64,000 nucleotides of DNA. Origin: Monocercomonoides exilis PA203. Its lineage: Eukaryota; Protista; Preaxostyla. The notes under the pieces are model-generated. The model did not search any database and was not told the DNA's origin. It was given only the letters and a program-made list of their open reading frames with translations. Every line of letters starts with the position of its first letter. The first letter of the stretch is position 1. Of this stretch, positions 1-11,138 are shown piece after piece. Made by a program: the position numbers and the translations under genes. The stretch lies in assembly GCA_001643675.2 (NCBI GenBank), contig LSRY02000026.1, positions 620,001 through 684,000 of the forward strand, in the 5' to 3' direction.

Positions 1-760
1 TTTATTTGCAGCTGGATTGTGATTTTTCACTCGATCCCATAAATCTTTAACGGCTGTTGCTGGACATATCAAACTTTCCTTGTCGAGGAATGGGATGACA
101 ATGTTGCTTCTTTCAAGTCCAGTTTTCAGTGATGTATTCAGGTTTATTGATTGCTTATCTATTTCTGATTCCTTGAGATTGATTCTTTCCAATTCTGTGA
201 AGCGGCACGCAGAGAACATCATGCATAAACAAATTGTTTTCCTTGTCAGCTGTGAGAATGACAAATTTTCGTTCTGTCCAATCGTTTCTATATGCGTGAA
301 GAGTTGTTGAGGGTTCCACATATCATCCTGTCTCTTTTTCTTTCTGCATTCCGATCTCCTGAATGATCTAAACAGGATTGAAATCAAGGTGTTCTCTAAA
401 GTGATTTTCCGTATAATACTGATGTTAGGAATGAAATGGCAGATCTGACAATTCTCAATGAAGAAGCTTTCATTCCGTTGTTTTTCAAGGCAACAAACAC
501 ATCCAAGCATCTTTTTTGCCAAATCTGAAATTTTGAAGGGATGTCTTTGAATTTTAACTGATCCCATCCGTCTTTGAAATGCGCGAAACCATAAGTGTAT
601 CCCATCCATGTTGCACTAGCGACGCTGTTTTTGCACTCTTCGGCCAGTTCACGTGACATGCTTCTTGATGCTAAAATCTCGTTCCACCACGATTTTCCCT
701 TTTCAGTTATGGATTGATTAGGCATATCCTCAGTCTTCCTGGAGGAAGCGTTGCATTCAT
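1..760 (-). pseudogene. DIRS tyrosine recombinase (partial), frameshifted at ~396
   Basis: N-terminal part at the end of ORF 396..2162 (SVASATWMGY..., RSAISFL). After a frameshift it continues ILFRSFRRSECRKKKRQDDMWNPQQL...MFSACRFTELERI...IPFLDKESLICPATAVKDLW, with the catalytic Arg at ~202-204. Confidence 0.85.
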
Positions 761-2525
761 TAGCTTCATCCATCTTCCTTCCTTGATTATCTCCTCCGTT
801 CTCCTCCATGTCCAAGAGATGTGATTTGTGTTGTTCAGAAGAGGTTCCCATATCTGACCTTTCCAATCTGGAAGAAGAAGAAGAACTCGAGCTTTCTCCA
901 TCGCTGCTTTTCGGATCACTGCTGGAATCAAAGGAACCGGTGGATGCGCAAGAACTGTCTCGTTTCTCCATGAAATTTGCAACCCGTCTTGACTTAAATT
1001 GCTTCCTGGTCCGCACCATCTCGTTGATTTTGTGTTTTCTTTTGTTGCGAAGGCATCGAGTGTGATGTTCGTTTGAAGCTGACTGGTGATCTCTTCGAGT
1101 GCTTCTTGTTCGACTTCGTAATCTCCTCCTTTTGCCAATCTCGATAGGCCATCTGCTCTGACGTTTCTCTCTCCGGGAATATGTTGAGCTTTCACAACAA
1201 CTTTCAGCGCTTGGGTTTGATTCCATATTTTCTTCAGAAGGGTTCTGAGATTCGGACCCGCTCCTCATCGATTCAGATTGAAAACTGCTGTTGTGTTGTC
1301 TGATCGAATAAGCAGATTTCTTATTTTTTGATTTCGAATGGAATTTGAGAAATGCGCGATGGCTTGATTTATAGCGAATAGCTCTCTGTAATTTGAACTT
1401 TGGTTTCTGACTTGAAGTGGAAGAGTTTTGTGAAAGTCCAGCATTTGGTTGTTGACTTTTAGTGTTGCGCCTATGGCAAACCCTGATGCATCTGTCGTAA
1501 GAATTGCTTCTGGTCGAAACACTGGGTTCAATCTCCTTGGTTGGTTCTCTTTCAGCCTTTCGCTCCACTTCATGAGGCAATTTGTTATCGATGCATTCAC
1601 GCGCATTTTTCCTTGCCATCCATTCAGACTCAAAGCTTTGTTTAGGAGTTTGTACAGTTGTGACAAATTCAGGGAGGCTTCTTGATACACGAATCTTGTT
1701 GCGTTCAGTTTCCCTATCAACGAGGCAAACTTCTTTATCGAAACAACTCTGTTGTTCTGGGCAACCCTCATCCATTTCTTGCACTCTTTCATCAGTTCGG
1801 TTTTCTTCGATTCCTCTATCTGTACCACAAACTGATTGGAATTTGTTGAACATCGAAAGAGTTTTCTCCACAATAATATTGAGTTCCTGCGGGTCTTGAT
1901 GAAGAAGAACGATATCGTCCAGGTATGCAATTGTTCTCACTTTCCATTCCTCCCTCATGTATTTCAGAACTTTTCTCATCACTTTTGTGAACGTTCGAGG
2001 AGCTTCTTTGTATCCGAAAGGCATTCCGTGGAAAGAGTAGTATTTTTCTTTGAAAACAAACGAAAGTGATGAAGATAATTCTTCGCCGACTTTTATAAGA
2101 TAATAAGCTTGGCTTAAGTCCAATGTGACTGAGTAATCCTTTTCTTGTATTATTTTCTCCACTGTTCTGTGGTCTTCTTACTTGATATAAATCGTCTTGA
2201 TTTCATTGTTGAGTCTTCGGCAATCCACGATTTGCCTCCAGCCACCGTCTTTCTTTCTGATAACAAACACTGGGTTCAAATGCTTCACATCCTTCTCCTG
2301 AATTGGCCTGATGATATTTGTTTCCAGTTGCTTCTTGATCATCTCTGAAAAGGATTGTTGGGCTTCTTGACTCTTGTGCTCCAAAGGGTTGAATACTCCT
2401 GTTTTCTTGAGTGATTCCTTCGCAGCTTTGCTCCTCCATACAGGAATTACTCCTTTCCCAATAATTCATGCTCCTCCAATTTTTTCCCATTCTTCTCGAA
2501 ATAAACAAGTTCTTCCTCCAACCAT
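707..2525 (-). pseudogene. DIRS reverse transcriptase - RNase H - N6-adenine methyltransferase-like polyprotein, disrupted
   Basis: RT motifs including YLDD, RNase H DAS/SDN/ADxLSR motifs, and C-terminal DAFA/HPP methylase-like motifs. In-frame stops at 2466 (TGA), 2178 (TAA) and 1265 (TGA), plus a deletion/frameshift near 1840. Confidence 0.88.
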
Positions 2526-2572
2526 TGCCTCTTGTCGGACTTCTGCGGGCTGCAGAATGCTGTTCGTTTCTT

Positions 2573-3415
2573 CTATTGGAATTCTCGCTCCCCTGATTGT
2601 CTTCTTGAAGCGAAACCTGAAGCTCTTGGCCGCAGCCGGATTTGGTTTTGTTGTCTTGACAACCGGGGAGCTCTTTGAAAAAATCTGTGGCTAGCTGATC
2701 TTCTGGTTGGAATTGTTCTGGCTGTTATCGAACTTCTTCTCATAGGCCAGCTCGTTGTTTGCAGTTTGAATTGTTGGCTCTTTTCTGTTTTTCTCCATTC
2801 TTCAAGGACTTCTGATTGCCTTTGAGTTAGAAGACTGGAAGCTGTGCTCTCCTTCATCTGTGCAGCTGCCCTAAAGCCGAATCTTCCTTGAATTCTTACA
2901 GATCTTGCTTCCTTCAGCGCTTTTGAAACGAATAAAATTGCATCTGCAATTGATCCTTTTTCGTCATCTTTTTCTTTTTATTTCGCATGTGTGTAAAGCA
3001 GAATTTTAATGGTCGGATATAGAACAGCTTCAGTTCGCTCGCCTGCCTTATCCAATGCGTCGTTCATCCAATTATCTGTTCTCGAAGCTGCAGGAGGGGC
3101 CTTTGGCAGAAATGGACTTAAATCATCTTCCTTCAGGTCAATAATAAGATCTTCCAAATATCTTTCTGGCAAATCCATATCATATAAGCTGCAATCCGGA
3201 TCTCTGAGAAATATTGTTTTAAAACTATTTTCCAGCAGCAAACTATCCTCGCCATGGCTTTCTTTGGCTTCTGGAGCTCCCGGGATCTGTTGTGAAAATT
3301 CAGAACTGGAATGAGCAGTCATACTCGAGAACATCTCTCCCGGAGGTCCATCTGACATCATTGATGTGGCAGAATTCAACGCGGGTCCAGTGCTGAGTGG
3401 AGAGCTAGGGAGCAT
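2573..3415 (-). pseudogene. DIRS gag-like ORF1 with one in-frame TAA (2978-2980)
   Basis: ORFs 2978..3415 and 2573..2857 are in the same frame (HAK*KEKDDEKGSIADAILFVSKALKEARSVR). The position directly upstream of RT fits gag; no motif confirms it. Confidence 0.65.
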
Positions 3416-4676
3416 TCTTTTTTCAGATTCGCCGTGACTGACCCTTAAGTGATACTCTCAGATCGAAGAGAAGAAAGTGAATGAATGTTTTCTTAAAAAT
3501 CAAAATGCTTGCGTTTTGATTCCTTTGAAAATTCGTTCAATCCATTTTTTTCTCTGTTTTGAAAAAACTTTGAACTGAATTTTTGATATGAGAAACAAAT
3601 AAATGATAAAATCAGAAACCAAATAGTTTCGTCTTTTCCACATTTCTTTCTATGCATGATTATCAAATGTATTCTATTGATTATATTTTTCCAAGCAGTT
3701 TACGCACGTAAATAATCTCAATACATGATTTAATAGTCAACCTTGTTTATCTTATTTCCCTCAAAGCCAAATCATGTATTTTGATACGAAGGATCTGCTT
3801 TATTTTTACGATTTCATGCTGCATGGTTTCTTATTTTTTTGTTTATGCAAATAATTTTCATCATCCATTGATCGAAAACACAAAACTATTTGTTATTTTC
3901 TACTGTTATTTCTTTCTTAAACTTGAGAATAACAACAGAAAAAATCATTTGAAAAAAACTTAACAAAAATTTTTGACAGATTTGAAAATTTAAATGAGGG
4001 ATAAACGTTTTCCTAATTTGTTGAAGGTTTTTTTTAGAATGAATTTGTTCTTAAGGTTAGCTGAACTTTGAAATAGAGCTGCCTTTCATGGATAACAACC
4101 TTTTATAATTGAAAATCTTTATGAAAATGGAAAGTCTTTCAACTGAACAAAATTAAAATCAACTAAAAAAATTTCAGATATTTATCAAAGATTAATCAAA
4201 AGATATGAATGCGACAAAGAAAAATCATTATGCTCAGAGTCATTGAAGAATAATTATTGTGTCAGAAGTTGCTTTTATGTTTTGAAATGAAAATGGCATT
4301 CTGAAAATTTCTAATCTTATTCTCATCGATTTTTCATAAAAATTTGTGCGAATCTCATCTTTTTGAAGTTTTATCGTAATACCTTTTTTCGGTTTTGATT
4401 TCTACAAACAAATGAAAGAATATATTAATACCGAAAGGATTTATGAGATAAACTTTAAAGAAATCAAAGACAAACTTTTTTTCACGTAATATTCATGTCA
4501 AAATGCTTCCACTTTCGATTCTTAAAAATCCCACTCATTTTTTCTCAAACCTTTCAATATGATGTCAGATGAAGAAAATGTTTTCAAATTCATTTCTGTT
4601 ATATTCAAGAATAGGATCCTTAATAGTTAAAGAAAACGACAAAACAAAACAAAAAAAAACTTTTTAAATACCAGAC

Positions 4677-5583
4677 TTATTCCTCCTCAATAACAGTGAC
4701 ATCTTCGAAAGATGATTTCACGAAAACCTCGAAAAAATCATCAAAATTCTTATCTGGATTTCTTAGATAAGTGAACTCATGCAAATAATTGGACAAATAC
4801 TTCCTTTGGACACCATGTCGAGGAAGAAAATGCTTTTAAAGTGACCATGACCGTTCGATCCTGTTTGTGTGACACTTTGTTAATGAATCAACAAAGTGAT
4901 TTTTGTGATTAACAGTTCGATGGATAAAACCAAGCGTGTTTAATGAACTATGCCCTTTCCAACAGTCAGTATTAATTGTTGTGTTTTTTTTAACAGCTGA
5001 TTTAATGAGAGATTGCAACACAGGTTTTGTTCGATTTGGTACAATTTATAGAAACAAATTACTCTTTCCTTTTGCTGTTTCAGGCCTTTCAACACCCCCA
5101 ACAATCCATAGTAATGGTTTTCTTCTTCCCACTTTTTTCTTTCTTCGATAAAAAGCAGCTTCATCGATTTCAATCGTTTTATTTTCTCCTCCAATTTTGA
5201 ATTTGTGTTGCTGCTGATGAAGAACAATTGCTTTCCTCAATAAAGCATAAAGCTTTACAATTGTGGAGACATTCACTGATGCCAAAATTGCTGCTTTAAG
5301 CTGTTCCAAATGAAGCCAAAAACAAAAAAGCAATAACGCTAATCTTCCGTAATGGTAACTTAATTTTTTCAAAAACAGTGTTGCTTCTTAATGATTTTTT
5401 TACAGTGTTTGCACCTAAAATTGTAGTAATTTCCTCTTTCAAGTTGGAAATTCATGTATTTTTTGCATTTCCAACAAAACATAGATGAATGAATAAAATT
5501 TTTGTTCTGCAGCCATTTGATTGTCTTCAGTTCATCTTGAAACAAATTATTAAGCTCTTCCAAATGTTTCCTCTCAACCCCAT
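4677..5583 (-). mobile_element. Merlin / IS1595 (ISXO2-like) DDE transposase pseudogene
   Basis: Zn-ribbon CWKC...FRCKHCKK; KIGGENKTIEIDEA; WIVGGVER; INTDCWKGH; HRTVNHKNHFVD...CHTNRIERSWS; YLHEF. Frameshift at ~5370, in-frame TAA at 5046 and 4836, final TAA at 4677. No TIRs found. Confidence 0.88.
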
Positions 5584-5759
5584 CGAATGGAATTTTGAAA
5601 TAGGAATATTGATAATTAATGAAAAGGGACTACTCCCATTATTTTTTTGTTTTTTCTGAGTTCAAAATTATTTCGAATTCACTTCTTCGTTTAATAACTT
5701 CATTTTTTTATGAAATAAAATAACTAGCAATCGACAAAAACGTGAGAAAGACAGGCTTA

Positions 5760-7323
5760 TTCTGCAGTCGATGAAACCATTACTTGCCGAAACTTCGTGT
5801 TATCTTGATAAATCCTTAGCATCAAAAGGAGAAGTTTGGTTCAATGCCATCCACCACATAATAGGATTTTCCATCGATATGGTCAATCTGTGCGAATCCA
5901 GCTTTTCGCCATCAACATGGAACGGATATTTACTAAGTTTCGCTCGTTTCTAAGAATAGTGGGCTGTGTGCAACTATGGTCCACCTCCAAGTGATTTGTC
6001 TGACTGGGTAATAAAATGTGCAGATATCTTTCTTGGACTTCACGACAAGGGACAAAAATTGTCTTCGCTATGCAAAACACGTTCAGCAATTTCACTTGTA
6101 TTTCAACTGTTATTCGAAAAGCAGTTAGCAGATTATCCATTAATGAAGATTCTTTTCCGATCTTTCCAAAGACTTGAAAGAAGAAAGAAGAAAAACAAAC
6201 CTCCGATATGGAATCCAAGAGTTCTTTTGTTCTACATAGCAACCTTAGGTGAAAACAAAGATCTGGATAATGACACACTCATGAAGAAAACAATCTGCCT
6301 GTGTATCCTTTTTTTTGCATGACGCTTCACTGAAATCGAAAGAATAAGCCTTACACATTCCACAATAAAAGAGGACTCAATTGCCCTTGACACCTCATTG
6401 AAGACCAGAATGGAAAAAACGGACATCATCATCCCATTCCTCCGAGAAACACCACTGATTTGCCCTGCATCAGCTGTGAAGGAATTATGGTTAAGAGTGG
6501 AAAAGATACAAGCAAATTCTGACCACTTGTTTCTGAACGAAATTACAAAAAAGCCACTGTCTTCAAGAGCCCTGAGAAAACTTGCATCTGAAATCATTCA
6601 CAAATCAGGAATTGCAGAATGTTTCGGACCTTGATCACTTTAGCACGCTTCAATATCTGCCTTAACAATGTCTGGAATGCCCATAGCACAAGTTGCCAAG
6701 TTCGCAAGGCTGTCTCCGCAAAGCGATAAGATAACGAACTGCTATTTTCAATCAGATGTCTCTTCCTCTTGCACAAGAGCTGTTGCAGTTCAATCAACCA
6801 AAATCAACGTTCAAAGTGAAACACAAAGTGACTCAGCTGATCCACATTTAGTGAACTTGAGAATCTCAGAAGAAAGTTATGCAAGCAGAAATGACGGCGA
6901 TGATTCAACCACAGCTGAGAACGAACAGGAGGAAGTGGATAGAAGTGGAGATTCAGAATCTTTACACATGACAAAGTGAGTACAAATGTTGAAGATAAAA
7001 AGGAAAAACAGCAGATTTCACAGCAATCAGGGAAAAGCTGTTTGGAATTCAACATCAGATTGTCTTAAGCCAAGTCGAATCGAGGAACCAGAAGACAACA
7101 ACATCGAAGAACCTAAAGAGAAGAACCAGAGCGAAAGAAAGATCGAACAAGAAGTCATACAAGAAAAACACGTTCAGTTTATAATAAGAACCAGAACACA
7201 AGCAAAGCAAGAGTTACTAGAAAAAATGTTGAAAAACGGAGATTTCTAAATCTACTTAATCCTATTGATGCTTCACGTCTTCTCAATTAAGTATTTCTCT
7301 CAAAACATAAGAGAAGGAAGTGA
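5760..7323 (+). mobile_element. Second DIRS remnant (tyrosine recombinase and 3' end only), opposite orientation
   Basis: Collinear with the first YR: RSAISLVF, ILFRSF, WNP, KTICLC, FA*RFTEIERI, IPFLRETPLICPASAVKELW, GP*SL*HAS, ARLSPQS...YF. Several in-frame stops. Confidence 0.85.
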
Positions 7324-7436
7324 GAGTCACATTTTCTTTTTTAATAAAATCAAAGTAAAAATAATAATAAGCGTGTCACTTTTCTTTGTCAATATGCATC
7401 AACAACAATCACTGACTGCACTCCTCCATTTATTTT

Positions 7437-10400
7437 TCAGTTGTTCCGAGATCTTCTCTTCCTGACAACTACAATTGCAATAATCACAACTACCACCACT
7501 ACCACCACAACCACAATAGGAACCACAATAGCAACCACAGTCCCTGCACTCATCTTCTTCTTCTTTTCTGGTTCTGGCTCATCTTTCTTCTCCTTCAGGT
7601 ATTTCTCATACACATCTTCAGGAGCAGCCTCTTCATCTGTTGCCCCCACAATCCATCCTTTGTTGCCATCGTTGTAGTCCTTCGCAAATGCAAAGGCGTC
7701 TTTCTGTTGGCTGAACTTATCAAAGTCTGGAGCAATGATGCACAGTGATGCCACCGATGAATCTTTCCCTTTGTTGTCACCTAACTCAAGTTTGCCTTCA
7801 CCCGGAAGTTTCAAATTATCAACTGCATCTTTCACTTCAATGAGAATAGCTCCTGCCTTTCCACTTGCTGCTTCACATGACTTGAATGAACATTTCTTTC
7901 CTCTTCCCATTTCCACTGTCGAATCGTCATCAACCATCTTGATCATAACACCTACACACAATCCATTCTCTGATTTCACTCCATTCATGGTCAACCCTTC
8001 TATTCGAACACTCGATGCTTTTTCAGCTGCATCTTGGATGTTGATTGCTGCTCCATCTGTCACACTCACTTTGTTGATCTCAACTGTATCTAATTTGACT
8101 GAAGAGGATTTGTTAATAACAAACAGTGATTCTTGGAAGTTCACTTCATTATCACCCTTGCATTCAACTCCACTCATTATAAGTTCTCCTTCTGTCACAT
8201 TCACAAGATGGAATTTGGTAATTTCTTCATCATTTCTGGGTGCATCTGGCTCTGGTCTCACAAATTTGCAGTTCACAATACTCAACTTAGCATCTGCACC
8301 CTCTGCAACAATCAATGAGGATGTGTCAGTGTTTGATTCCTCTGGCTCATCCAATGACAATGGGAACAAGAAGGATATTCCTCTGAACTCAACTTCACTC
8401 TTGCATGTGAACAAATGACTTTCTGATTTAACATTACAATCGATCTCCACTTCTGTTTCTTTTTCTGTTTCCTCTGCTTTCTCCACACCCACAATAGTTA
8501 TCAATGAAAATTTCTCAAGTGTAACAGCTGCAGCTTTGAATGATTCATTCGTTCTGATGATATTGATCTTGAAGTTTTCTCCTCCAACACCCACTCCAAA
8601 CAATTTGTATGCTTTATCAAGACTTTTCTTTGGGTTGTCATAGCTCAATCCATTTTTGGTATCATCATCACTTCCTGATGAACTCACATACACATTTGTA
8701 TTCGGATCAAAATACACTTCTGTAAAATCAACTTCAGAGCTATCCTCTGTTCCTTTTGCAACAACAAAGCATTTATTTTCATTTTTCTTGTATCCAGATG
8801 CAAAGCTTTGCTTCATCGCTTTTGCAATGTCTCTGTGAAGGCTGACTGGCACATCTAAATACAATCCTGTGTTCTTTTCAGCATTAGATGTTGAATCTGA
8901 ATCTCCTGCCTTGCACCCTGTGAATACTAAATTATCTCCTGTTTCTGGCCATGTCAGTTCATCTGCTTTTGTTATTCCTGTCATTTCCAGACATATTGCT
9001 CCTGCTTTCCCTTTTACACATGTGCATTTTTCAAATGTTGTTTTCCCAGTGTTTCCAATGGAGAATGTGCTTTCTGCATGTTCGCTCTTCACATAAAGTG
9101 CTCCACATGTATCTGTTGTTGTATCTTCCGATTTGCATTCTGTGAATGTGCATGCGTCCAATATAACTGAAAGAGCTGTGTCTGTTTTGCCAACAATTTT
9201 CATAACAGCACTTCCATTTGATGTTATCTTCTTCAGATTCAATGATGTCAATGATACAGCTGTCACTGCTGTTGTTGTTCCATCAACCAAAAATGGTGTC
9301 TCTGAAAATTTCACTTCGTTCTCAGAAGTGCATTCGACCTTGTTCATTGTCAATGTCCCTGCACTCACTTTCACAAGATAACATTTCACTTCTTCCCCTG
9401 TGTTTGTTAGCATCCCAAGTGTATTTGTTTGTATTGTAAGCTTAAAATCACAAGTGTCAATTGTTAGAGAAACTGATTCTGAATCAGCATGAATCAAGGC
9501 ATATGTGCTTGAACTATCTTTCTGTTCATTTGCGACTAGTTCAGATGTTGATTTGAAGTCGAATATCAAATTCTTGAATGTCACTGTCTTTTGACATGTG
9601 AATAAATCAGCTTTATCTGCAGTGCTACAATCTATCTCAACTTTAGTCTCAGCTTCATTTCCAGTGTCCCCTGCTTCTACCACTCCTTCGATCGTAATTC
9701 CTGTCTCTTTTGAGAATGTAATAGCTTCGTCTGTAACTGTTTTGTTGGATTTATTTTTCATTATTTTTATGGAAAATTCTCCAGGACCTTTTGATTTATC
9801 CAATAATTCATAAGCTTTTTTTATTGTTTAAAATGGTTTTGTTTTTGTTCCATCTGCTGTGTCATCACTTCCTCCATTCTTAACATATGCCTCATGTGGA
9901 TCAAAATATACTGCAGTGAAATCAATATCTTCACCTTCACTATTTGTTCCCTTAGCTGCAACAAACCAGTCATTTGTTCCTTTCACATAGTTTTTGGCAA
10001 ATTTCTCTTTCATTGCTTTGGCAATATCCTGTAACTTTTCACTGTTCACATCAAGATACAAAAATGTCTGTTTATCCGAACCAGCTTTGCACCCACTAAC
10101 TGTCAGTTTATCTTCCTCAGACCATGTCAATTGATTTGCATTTGAAATTGCTGACATCTTCAGATATATCCCACCTGATTTCCCATTGGCACATTCACAT
10201 GATGTAAATGTTGTTTTTGCATTTGAATATCGTGGACTTTCTGAAATATTAAATGTACTATCTGTTCCATTACTTTCAACATACAATGCTCCACTTGTGG
10301 CATTAGATGCTTCTGTTGATTTGCAATTGGTAAATGTGCATCCATGGACATTGACTTCTATCTTTTCACTATTGTTTCCCCCAATCTTCACCACTGCACT

Positions 10401-11138
10401 TGCACTCGACTCTATGTTATTCAATGTCGATGCAATCAATGTCACTTTTGTTGCTTTGTCAAACAAAAACGGAGTGGTTGAAAACTTAGCAGTGTTGTTA
10501 TCATCACTGAAAGATACTGCCTCCATGTTGAATTCACCTGCTTCCACCTTCACCAGATGAATATTGGCTGTTCCTGTTTCTGTTGGACGAACAAATTGGC
10601 AAGTGCTAATTGTCAGATTAGGTGATAGTTTATTTGTATTTGTTGTCATGGATGAATGATCAGATGACCCTGAAATTGATCCCCCTGAATTTGCAACCAA
10701 ACGGATAATAGCCAACGTGTTGTCATCATTAGATGCATTTCCAAGTGACACTGGATATATAAACTTCAGATACTTGAATGTCACATTTTGCTTACAAGTG
10801 AACAGATCCGTGTTAGTATCACTATTACCATTACCCTCAGTAAGATATGTGCAGTTTATTTCCACTAACTCAGGAGTCCCATTTGCACCTTCATTTTGTT
10901 TTCCTTGGATCATTAATGGTTTTTCTTTGTCAAATGTATTCACTCCTGCTACTAATGCAGGTTGACCATCTTCTTGTTTTATAATTGTAATGATGTATGA
11001 AGTTGAACTTGTATCACCATTAAGCTTATCATATGCATCACTTATCTTTCCAATAGGGCTATCTTTTGTTCCATTTCCGTTTCCTCCACTTTTGACGAAC
11101 TTTTCTTCCACTTTTCCTTCTGAATACATGGAAAGCAC
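7437..11138 (-). pseudogene. Adhesin-like type I membrane protein with three ~400-aa modules, interrupted by one in-frame TAA (9828-9830)
   Basis: ORFs 9828..11138 and 7437..9803 are in frame (KPF*TIKKAYELL). Modules start at ~11099, 9890 and 8693 (F/YVxxxG..D...P...KAY; VEIDC; LFTCK/Q; GALYV/GAI). C-terminal Val-rich TM plus RKRRSR stop-transfer. A 5' exon probably lies upstream (CAG acceptor ~11121). Confidence 0.8.

Larger units (their letters stand above)
1..3480 (-). mobile_element. Decayed DIRS1-like tyrosine-recombinase retrotransposon, 3' end cut off by the window edge
   Basis: Minus-strand order gag - RT (VGGR..., NPVFVIRKKDGGWRQIVDCRRLN, LDLSQAYY, MPFG, AYLDD) - RNase H (TTDASG, SDNTTAV, HIPGERNVRADGLSR) - MT domain (LDAFA...HPPVPLI) - overlapping YR frame (ACRFTELE, CPATAV). 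GC-rich element ends abruptly at ~3480. Confidence 0.9.

Noticed and set aside
396-2162. 588-aa ORF as a novel RT-recombinase fusion protein
   Set aside because: Artefact of a deletion/frameshift near 1840 that joins the RT frame to the normally overlapping YR frame of a dead DIRS copy.
5625-5637. GGGACTACTCCC mini-hairpin as a Merlin terminal repeat
   Set aside because: No matching inverted copy found at the other end (~4600-4680).
1265-9830. Repeated in-frame TAA/TAG/TGA suggesting a reassigned genetic code (TAA/TAG = Gln in some oxymonads)
   Set aside because: All three stop types occur, at positions implying different residues (Cys, Leu, Lys, Gly), alongside frameshifts. The long core-gene frames contain no internal stops and terminate on TAA or TGA. 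Pseudogene decay explains the pattern.
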